Virus record (IMG/VR): IMGVR_UViG_3300032334_001128
Span: 32,001-96,000 of that record
Length of the DNA: 64,000 nucleotides
Direction: 5' to 3' (one strand)
Origin: a virus
The number at the start of each line of letters is the position of its first letter. The stretch's first letter is position 1. Below the pieces are notes generated by a model, which had not been told where the DNA came from, searched no databases, and worked only from the letters and a program-made list of their open reading frames with translations. Positions 1-6,656 of the stretch are shown piece by piece. Both the position numbers and the translations under genes were made by a program.

Positions 1-1
1 A

Positions 2-325
2 AACATTACTGTATTAGAAGTTCATTCTAAGTATGGTAAAGCTCTTAGAGCTGAACCTGTTACATTGGCTTATGAGCAGGGTAGAGTTCACCATTTAGGT
101 TATCTCGGATCCTTAGAGAGCCAGATGTATTCCTGGATCCCTGGAGAAGGTAAATCTCCCGATCGTGTTGACGCATTAGTTCACGCTCTCACTGCTCTAA
201 TGATCAAGCCTCCGTCTGGCTTTACTGGGGGAAAGATTACAGCTCGATCCGTGGCCGGAAGAAAGATCCCTAATGTTCGTGGTAATGACGCAACTGGATC
301 TAGGGGAATCTTTAGAGTTAGATAA
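2..325 (+). CDS. terL: Terminase large subunit, C-terminal nuclease end (5' truncated by window)
   Basis: The frame is open from base 2 (NITVLEVHSKYGKALRAEPVTLAYEQGRVHH...). It contains the K-x-x-RAEP and SPDRVDALVHA motifs typical of TerL RNase-H-like C-terminal domains. Confidence 0.85.
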   Translation, partial: NITVLEVHSKYGKALRAEPVTLAYEQGRVHHLGYLGSLESQMYSWIPGEGKSPDRVDALVHALTALMIKPPSGFTGGKITARSVAGRKIPNVRGNDATGSRGIFRVR

Positions 326-330
326 TTATT

Positions 331-401
331 TGGGAATAAATCCCTTGCTTTGTCGGTTGTATGTAGTAGAGTGTAATCAACTACTACGAAAGGCTCTAAC
401 T
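331..401 (+). promoter_or_regulatory. Promoter + RBS cassette, copy 1
   Basis: TTGCTT (345-350) - 16 nt - TAGAGT (367-372), then GAAAGG RBS before ATG 402. It aligns with 867-936 (shared TGGGAATAAATnCCTTGC..GGTT..TAGTA..AATCA..GAAAGG). Confidence 0.6.
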
Positions 402-527
402 ATGGACGCTTCTAACCTTTACTATGGCGACGAAACCCTAGACGATTGTACCCGTGAAGAATACGACGCTTGGGTAAATCGTCCTGAAGTTTGGGACGAC
501 AACTGGGACAAGAAGGAAACTGACTAA
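402..527 (+). CDS. Small acidic hypothetical protein (41 aa; start reassigned from 273 to ATG 402)
   Basis: ATG 402 follows a GAAAGG RBS, and its stop overlaps the next ATG (TAATG). The upstream part of the track ORF overlaps terL and the promoter. Confidence 0.6.
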   Translation: MDASNLYYGDETLDDCTREEYDAWVNRPEVWDDNWDKKETD

Positions 528-751
528 TGGCAACTACTAACCCTTACACCAACTACTCGGCCGAAGCTTTGGGCTATGCTCTGGAAGCAGCAAATCGCAA
601 GGTATCACTTGGCGACACTAGCGAAGACTTGCTCACTATGATTGAGCAGATGGGCGAAGCTTTAGAACAGAAGCAGGGGACGGATAGGTGCCAACACGGC
701 GTCTATCTTTATGGTGATGTGTCCCCGTCTTGTTGGGAATGTGAAGCCTAG
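527..751 (+). CDS. Hypothetical protein with a C-terminal Cys/His cluster (CQH...CWEC)
   Basis: Translationally coupled to 402-527 and followed by a terminator hairpin. The Cys/His pattern suggests Zn binding. Confidence 0.65.
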   Translation: MATTNPYTNYSAEALGYALEAANRKVSLGDTSEDLLTMIEQMGEALEQKQGTDRCQHGVYLYGDVSPSCWECEA

Positions 752-760
752 TAATCTCTT

Positions 761-801
761 AATAAATAATCCCTTATCAAGCTGGTAAGGGATTATTTAT
801 T
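761..801. terminator. Bidirectional intrinsic terminator, copy 1
   Basis: Perfect inverted repeat AATAAATAATCCCTTA / TAAGGGATTATTTATT around a 9-nt loop, just after the stop at 751. Confidence 0.75.
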
Positions 802-866
802 ATGCTGATCGGTTGCTTCTATGATCATTACCAGGCTAAAAATAGATCCAAAATAAATAAAAAATC

Positions 867-936
867 TGGGAATAAATACCTTGCCTGATTGGTTATTTAT
901 AGTAAGATGAAATCACCACTCCGGAAAGGAACCCTA
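867..936 (+). promoter_or_regulatory. Promoter + RBS cassette, copy 2
   Basis: TTGCCT (881-886) - 16 nt - TAAGAT (903-908), then GGAAAGGA RBS before ATG 937. Homologous to 331-401. Confidence 0.6.
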
Positions 937-1284
937 ATGAACCTAGAACACGCACAACTTTTTGAGTTTATTTGTGATGACGCTAGTTATGGTGGCATTG
1001 GCTACTGGGCTAGTTTGGCTGATAATAACCCTGAGAAGCAGACCTACTCTGTGGAAGTAAGACCTGAATACAGAGATGATGAAATCAAGGACAAGGTGCT
1101 AACTTACCAAGACCTTTATGACGCTTGCGAGAAGTTAGCCACTGGTAAGGTGTCTGTAAATAGCAACACCAAGAAAGTCTGCCAACAGATTATTCTTGAC
1201 CCTACTGATGATGTAGATTATGACGCAGAAGACGCAGACTGTATTGTCCAAGTTGCTATGTTCGGTGAAATCCTATTTGGCTAA
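937..1284 (+). CDS. Conserved-looking phage hypothetical protein (115 aa; start reassigned to ATG 937)
   Basis: A strong RBS precedes ATG 937. The GGIGYWA and DAD.IVQ.A.FGE..FG motifs resemble a hypothetical family I recall from actinophages. Confidence 0.7.
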   Translation: MNLEHAQLFEFICDDASYGGIGYWASLADNNPEKQTYSVEVRPEYRDDEIKDKVLTYQDLYDACEKLATGKVSVNSNTKKVCQQIILDPTDDVDYDAEDADCIVQVAMFGEILFG

Positions 1285-1296
1285 TCACTAATCTCT

Positions 1297-1337
1297 AATA
1301 AGTAATCCCTTGCTGAGCTAGCAGGGGATTATTTATT
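1297..1337. terminator. Bidirectional intrinsic terminator, copy 2
   Basis: AATAAGTAATCCCTTGCT-GAGCT-AGCAGGGGATTATTTATT hairpin, clearly related to 761-801. Confidence 0.7.
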
Positions 1338-1344
1338 TATACGG

Positions 1345-1806
1345 ATGATCATTGCTACTGATCATTGATCATTGATCATACGGATCCGATCATTTGATCT
1401 GATCATTTGATCTGATCATTGATCATAGGCAGATCCGATCATATACGGTGATCCTGATCCATAGATCATTGCTGCTTAGATCCATTTGTGATCATTGATC
1501 TTGATCTGATCTTATACGGTGATCTGATCTGATCTGATCATAAGTTTTGATCTAGATCTGATCTGCCGATCTATTACGGCTATACGGTTGATCATTTGTC
1601 CCTGATCGTTGCTTTGATCATTGATCTTGATCTGATCATTATTAGATCAGCTGATCTAATTATTTTTTATTCGTTAGATCATTTGATCATTGCTTTTTTA
1701 TTTTTATTTGATCGTGATCAATAAGACGGAGCCTCTATCTAATGATCATTGCCTATCACTAATGATCAATACCCCCCTGTCCTTTATCAAGTGGAATACG
1801 GTGATC
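1345..1806. repeat. Non-coding GATC-saturated array (TGATCA/TGATCT/AGATC units, interspersed ATACGG)
   Basis: Manual count of ~44 GATC in ~460 bp, against ~2 expected at uniform composition. No ORF. Confidence 0.95.
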
Positions 1807-1810
1807 ATTT

Positions 1811-2190
1811 ATAGCTCATAGCTCAGCTGGGTAGCTCAGCTCATAGCTCAGCTGGGTAGCTATCTAAGCTCATAGCTCAGCTCATAGCTCAGCTGGGTAG
1901 CTCAGCTCATAGCTCAGCTGGGTAGCTCATAGCTCAGCTCATAGCTCAGCTCGTATCTGGTAGCTCAGCTCATAGCTCGTAGCTCAGCTCATTAGCTAGC
2001 TCATAGCTCAGCTCAGCTCATAGCTCAGCTCGTTAGAAGTTTGTAGCTCAGCTCATAGCTCGTAGCTCAGCTCATCAGCTAGGTAGCTCAGCTCGTAGCT
2101 CAGCTCAGCTCGTAGCTCAGCTCATAGCTCATCAGCTAGGTAGCTCAGCTCGTAGCTCAGCTCATCAGCTAGGTCATCAGCTCAGCTCGT
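1811..2190. repeat. Non-coding AGCT-saturated array (CAGCT/TAGCT units, e.g. TAGCTCAGCTCATAGCTCAGCTGGG)
   Basis: Manual count of ~56 AGCT in ~375 bp. The tandem units are imperfect and the region is rich in stop codons. Confidence 0.95.
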
Positions 2191-2216
2191 TAGAAGTTTG
2201 TGTGTTATTTGGTTAG

Positions 2217-2317
2217 GTTAGGCTTGCCTAACTTACTAGGTCTGGTCTGGTTCGTTAGAAGTTGGAGCGTTTGTCTGTCCAAATAGTTATGTAAAGTTAG
2301 GTAAGCCTTACCTAACT
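2217..2317. promoter_or_regulatory. Two related palindromes (GTTAGG...CCTAAC arms), candidate operators
   Basis: GTTAGGC-TT-GCCTAAC at 2217-2232, and AGTTAGGTAAG-C-CTTACCTAACT at 2295-2317 (perfect 11-bp arms). Both lie upstream of the HTH gene. Confidence 0.5.
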
Positions 2318-2472
2318 GACGGCATCTCAGGAAAAATTCAGGAAACGATTTAGAGTGCTCCGAAAAACATGCGTTGCCGTCTCGCAGGCCAAAGTCAAAA
2401 AACGTTAAGGTATCACTTTTACGTACAGTACAGTCTTTCAATCAATGTCTCATCTTCTGCTAAACTGTACAC

Positions 2473-2973
2473 ATGTCTAGACGTCCAGCTCGTAATCAAA
2501 AACTTCCGCCATCGGAGATCCAACTCTTCAAAACTCTCGACTACAATCACACCGTAGTCCGAGTCAAGGCTCTATTTGCAGCCGGTTGGACCCTGGCTTC
2601 CATTGGGGCGGCTTTCTACCCGTCTAAAGGACGTTCGTCTATCAAAGCTTGGGTGGATCGTCCTACGCCCCCGAACGTTGTCGTCGACGTCCCTATTCCC
2701 GATCCAAACTATAAAACCCCCAAAAACGGCTACGTCCGTAAGACTCCAGTTTCCCCGGGAATATCTACAGTCACAGAAGGTACTCTCAGACGTCTGGCAC
2801 CCATAGCTAAACGCTACAGATCGGGTATGGCATCGACGTCCCCAGAAGCTATCGCAAACGCTGAGATGGACAAACTCGTGAAGGGACTTAGAGAAGTCGA
2901 CGTCACTATTGCCGAGATTGCTCGTGCAGCCGGCGTAACACATCGAGCAATTTCCCGTAGACTGAGTAAATAA
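2473..2973 (+). CDS. DNA-binding protein with two predicted helix-turn-helix motifs
   Basis: GWTLASIGAAF...RSSIKAWV near the N-terminus and VTIAEIARAAGVTHRAISRRL at the C-terminus. Confidence 0.7.
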   Translation: MSRRPARNQKLPPSEIQLFKTLDYNHTVVRVKALFAAGWTLASIGAAFYPSKGRSSIKAWVDRPTPPNVVVDVPIPDPNYKTPKNGYVRKTPVSPGISTVTEGTLRRLAPIAKRYRSGMASTSPEAIANAEMDKLVKGLREVDVTIAEIARAAGVTHRAISRRLSK

Positions 2974-3341
2974 TGCAGATATTAGCCGACGTTTTTCCAG
3001 CACACTTTTCCGCTGCTTCAGCAGGCGTTCTTACGGACGTCTTTCAACTCAACCCGATCTCTCAAAGTTCAGGAACGTTCTACGTCGCCACGACAAGAGT
3101 TATCGTCTCGGAGACTCACATCACAGTAGCTTCAGACTCCCCTGAGGGACCCCAGATAGTCTTTCACGAGCCGTATCTCTCTTTCTTTAAGGCAGAGTCT
3201 CAGACAGGCGTATATCGCGTTTTAACGACGTCTGGGAAGATGCTTGCATTTCAAAAAGACACATCCTGCGGTTGTGGCTCACGTCTACGTGCGTGGAATC
3301 CATATCGCACCCTACAATCGATCATGGACCCAACGGAATGA
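2973..3341 (+). CDS. Hypothetical protein with a C-terminal CGCGS motif
   Basis: TAATG coupling to the upstream gene and ATGA overlap with the downstream gene. Confidence 0.7.
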   Translation: MQILADVFPAHFSAASAGVLTDVFQLNPISQSSGTFYVATTRVIVSETHITVASDSPEGPQIVFHEPYLSFFKAESQTGVYRVLTTSGKMLAFQKDTSCGCGSRLRAWNPYRTLQSIMDPTE

Positions 3342-3631
3342 CAGATATTCCCCTAATTCATTTCCTAGTTCTATCTCTCGCAACGTTTAGACTTGCACGT
3401 CTGTTTACCACCGACGTTATTTTTGACTGGCTACGTCAACGAGTTTGGAAGCGATTCCCACCGTCCACAACCCTAGGCTATTTCTTCACTTGCAACTGGT
3501 GCATGTCCATTTGGTTCGGATCACTAGTAACTATTTCCTATACAATATATCCATCAGTAACGTTTGTCTGCTTGCTGCCGCTAGCTCTTTCTGCAATTGC
3601 AGGGCTGGTATCTAACAAGCTTGATAACTAA
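3338..3631 (+). CDS. DUF1360-like membrane protein (97 aa; start reassigned to ATG 3338)
   Basis: LATFRLARLFTTDVIFDWLR and FTCNWCMSIW (CxxC) motifs plus hydrophobic helices; ATGA overlap with the previous stop. Confidence 0.7.
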   Translation: MTDIPLIHFLVLSLATFRLARLFTTDVIFDWLRQRVWKRFPPSTTLGYFFTCNWCMSIWFGSLVTISYTIYPSVTFVCLLPLALSAIAGLVSNKLDN

Positions 3632-3657
3632 CTAGATAACTACAGGAGCCTCCCTCA

Positions 3658-5424
3658 ATGGCAGTTTTCAGACGTGAACAGAATCCAATTCGTGGATCAG
3701 TTCCACCTACCCGAACTCAGGTAACATCAACACCTACTCCGTTCGGCTACACCCAGCTATCCCCGGCTACATACAACGTTATGCGTCCTCTAACTGCTGC
3801 CGCTGCACAAATCAAACTTAATGATCGCAGCGAAGCAGACCAGTTCAGAAACCGACGTCTATCATCTTCTTCTGCATGGCAGTCAGAAGCTTGGGAGTAC
3901 TACGACGCAATTGGTGAAATCAAGTACGCATTCTCACTTGTTGCATCCGTTGTCTCACGTATCCGTCTTTACGCTGCAATCATTCTTGACCCAGCTGAAG
4001 CTCCGACTCCAATTCGTAATGCAGCTAGCATTGAAGAACGTCTAGCATCTGCCGCTGAGCGTGCTATCCAACGTCTAGACTCAGCCTACGGAGGCCAAGC
4101 AGGTCTCTTGCGTGACGCTGCTCTAAACCTCGCTGTTACCGGTGAATGTTACCTCGTACAGATTCCTGAACGTCAAGGATCAGGAATTCCTGAGTCCTGG
4201 GACATTCGCTCAGTTGATGAACTTCAGATTGACCAGAAAGGTCAGTACTCTGTTATCGCTAGACGAGAAATGCTTCAGGGAACTGCTAACGGAAAAGGCA
4301 TGGGAATCAAACTTCCTGCGAACGCTTTTGTTGGACGTATTTGGAGAGCCCACCCACGTTTCTCAGAAGAGGCAGACTCCTCTTTACGCGGTCTGCTAGA
4401 CCTCTGTGCTGAACTACTACTTCTAAACCGTACATTCCGTGCAACTGCACGTTCACGCCTAAACGCTGGTGCTCTCTATCTACCGGACGGCTTGAGCGTA
4501 GCTTCTAGTGCTGACCCTAACTATCCTTACGATGACGCTGACGGTCTATCTGCAGAACCTACTCCAGAAGAAATCGCAGACGAGTTCGAAGACCAGTTGA
4601 TCGACGCGATGACAACCCCGATTCGCGACGAAGACTCTGCCAGCGCAGTTGTTCCACTTATTATTCGTGGTCCTGCCGAACTTGGTGACAAGATTAAGCA
4701 GTTCAAGTTCGAGCGTTCATTCGATGCAACTCTTGTTCAGCGTGCTGACCGTGTGCTAGAGCGTATTCTGCAAGGTCTCGACGTCCCTAAGGACATCGTT
4801 ACCGGTCTTGCAAACGTAAAGTACTCAAACGCTGTTCAGATTGACGAGTCACTTTACAAGGCTCACATTGAACCGTTGATGCTTCTTATTGCTGACGCAA
4901 TCACAGTTGTTTATCTACGTCCTTATCTACTTGCCAACGGTTTCTCACAGACCGACGTTGACAGAGTTGTTGCTTGGTATGACCCATCTGCTGTTGCAAC
5001 TCGTAACGACCGTGCAATGGATGCTGACTCAGGTTTCGACAAGATGGCTGTCTCATACGACACATGGAGACGTGCTCACGGATTCTCAGACCAAGATGCA
5101 CCTAGCCCATCTGAAGTAGCTCTACGTATGATTATGGACAAGGGTATGATCACTCCAGAACTTACTGAAGCAATGCTTAATGCTGTTGCTCCAGAGGTCA
5201 TGGAAGCCACTCGTAAGGCCTCACAGGCTAGCTCAGTGGCTCCAATTCCACCAGGCTTAGAGCAGATGCTACAGGGTGCCCAACCAGGCGCTCCTGCCCC
5301 TGCTCCCGCTGCTCCGGCAGCTCCAACTCCAGAGGCAATTCCGCCTTCTGGAGCTCCAACACAAGAAGCTCCGGCTCAGGAAAACCCGGCAGCTCCCCCA
5401 ATTCCGCTAGCGGAACCACAGTAA
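3658..5424 (+). CDS. Portal protein
   Basis: 588 aa and first large gene of the head module after terL. W-x-YYD-x-IGE and RSRLNAG motifs resemble cluster-B-like actinophage portals. Pro/Ala-rich tail. Confidence 0.8.
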   Translation: MAVFRREQNPIRGSVPPTRTQVTSTPTPFGYTQLSPATYNVMRPLTAAAAQIKLNDRSEADQFRNRRLSSSSAWQSEAWEYYDAIGEIKYAFSLVASVVSRIRLYAAIILDPAEAPTPIRNAASIEERLASAAERAIQRLDSAYGGQAGLLRDAALNLAVTGECYLVQIPERQGSGIPESWDIRSVDELQIDQKGQYSVIARREMLQGTANGKGMGIKLPANAFVGRIWRAHPRFSEEADSSLRGLLDLCAELLLLNRTFRATARSRLNAGALYLPDGLSVASSADPNYPYDDADGLSAEPTPEEIADEFEDQLIDAMTTPIRDEDSASAVVPLIIRGPAELGDKIKQFKFERSFDATLVQRADRVLERILQGLDVPKDIVTGLANVKYSNAVQIDESLYKAHIEPLMLLIADAITVVYLRPYLLANGFSQTDVDRVVAWYDPSAVATRNDRAMDADSGFDKMAVSYDTWRRAHGFSDQDAPSPSEVALRMIMDKGMITPELTEAMLNAVAPEVMEATRKASQASSVAPIPPGLEQMLQGAQPGAPAPAPAAPAAPTPEAIPPSGAPTQEAPAQENPAAPPIPLAEPQ

Positions 5425-5435
5425 GGTAAACCAAG

Positions 5436-6551
5436 ATGACTCACTCAAAAACTACTCTAAAAGATCACTTAGCAGTGTCTCTAGCTAACGCTGTGGTTAT
5501 GTATCACACTAGCCACGGTTACCACTGGAACGTCAAGGGACTTGACTTCAGAGAGTTCCACGAATTCTTTGGCGAAATATATGAAGACGTCTTTGGTTCT
5601 ATAGACGAGTACGCCGAGAACATTCGTAAGATCGGATTTGACGCTCCTTTCACAATGCAGGAGTTCTTGGAGCTAGCTACCTGCGTTCCAGAGAAGGTCA
5701 CCGTTAGCGATCCGACTCGCTTGACCGCTTCTCTGCTAGACGTCAACCTAAAGCTTATTAGCAGCCTAAAGGCAACCTTTGACTGTGCTAACTCTCTAAA
5801 CGAGCAGGGCGTTGCTAACTTCCTAGCTGAGCGCATTGATGCACACCAGAAGTGGGATTGGCAGCTTGCTGCAACCCTTGGTAACCAGACTTACTCAACG
5901 TCATTCATTGTTGTAGAAGCTGATATGCAGCCACTACCTCAGACTCAGGAAGGCTGGGATGACGAACTTGCATTCCTAGATGGCTACGACAACGAAGGTA
6001 CTGCATTCTTTGCATCTGGCCGATCACGTGAACTAGTTCTTCCACAGAACGTTGAAGCAGAGCTAAAGTCTTTGGTTGACGCTCACAACGCTTCAGCAGG
6101 AGAAGGTCTGAAGACCACTTTTGCTAAGTGTAAGACCGTCTACCGCCGTGGAGCTCGTAAGTATGCTGGCGAACTAGCTGAAGGTACTACACGCCACCGC
6201 TTTGCAGTTGCTCGTGTTGAACAGTTCCTATCTCAGATTGGCAGCGAAAAGCTACTAGCTACATTTAGCACTGACGATGCAGATCTTCTACCAAACTCAC
6301 ACCCTAAGGCTCTAAGCATTGATCCTCTAGTAGCTTCTGCTGCTGTTAAGAAGGGTCTAACTGTGACTGTTAAGAAGCCTGGAGAATACAAGCGTAACGA
6401 GGACGCAGTCCTAGATATCGCTGAGTTCTCTGGTAAAGGCTACGACGCAGTGAGCCAGATCAAGGATGCTTGGATCTATGGACAGTCTAAAGGCAAGTCA
6501 GGCTACAATACAGCTCTGGCATTTGCACTAGGCTATTTCGTACACGGATAA
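5436..6551 (+). CDS. dps: Dps/ferritin-like domain fused to a C-terminal phage domain
   Basis: The first ~150 aa carry the Dps signature HGYHWNVKG..F..FHEFF.EIY.....SIDEYAENIR and the ferroxidase ligands (H,H,D,E), ending HQKWDWQL. They are followed by ~220 aa ending in a DLLPxxHP domain. Confidence 0.85.
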   Translation: MTHSKTTLKDHLAVSLANAVVMYHTSHGYHWNVKGLDFREFHEFFGEIYEDVFGSIDEYAENIRKIGFDAPFTMQEFLELATCVPEKVTVSDPTRLTASLLDVNLKLISSLKATFDCANSLNEQGVANFLAERIDAHQKWDWQLAATLGNQTYSTSFIVVEADMQPLPQTQEGWDDELAFLDGYDNEGTAFFASGRSRELVLPQNVEAELKSLVDAHNASAGEGLKTTFAKCKTVYRRGARKYAGELAEGTTRHRFAVARVEQFLSQIGSEKLLATFSTDDADLLPNSHPKALSIDPLVASAAVKKGLTVTVKKPGEYKRNEDAVLDIAEFSGKGYDAVSQIKDAWIYGQSKGKSGYNTALAFALGYFVHG

Positions 6552-6656
6552 TTAAATCCGATACTAATCAAAGTTTAGATAATAGGATAAACTTTTTCTA
6601 AGCTTGTTACAATATAAACAGTTAAGCCATACCTGTAAGTAGGAAGGTACTCTTCA

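Noticed and set aside
273-401. N-terminal extension of the 273-527 ORF in the track
   Set aside because: It overlaps terL and the promoter cassette; the RBS supports ATG 402.
1345-2190. CRISPR array interpretation of the repeat region
   Set aside because: There is no constant 23-47-bp repeat separated by unique spacers; the units are 4-12-bp degenerate tandem repeats and no cas operon is present.
2211-2222. TTAGG telomere-like repeat
   Set aside because: Only two or three copies, better explained as palindrome arms.
5270-5424. Pro/Ala repeats at the portal C-terminus and the SSB tail (57950-58010)
   Set aside because: Common disordered tails with no further structure.
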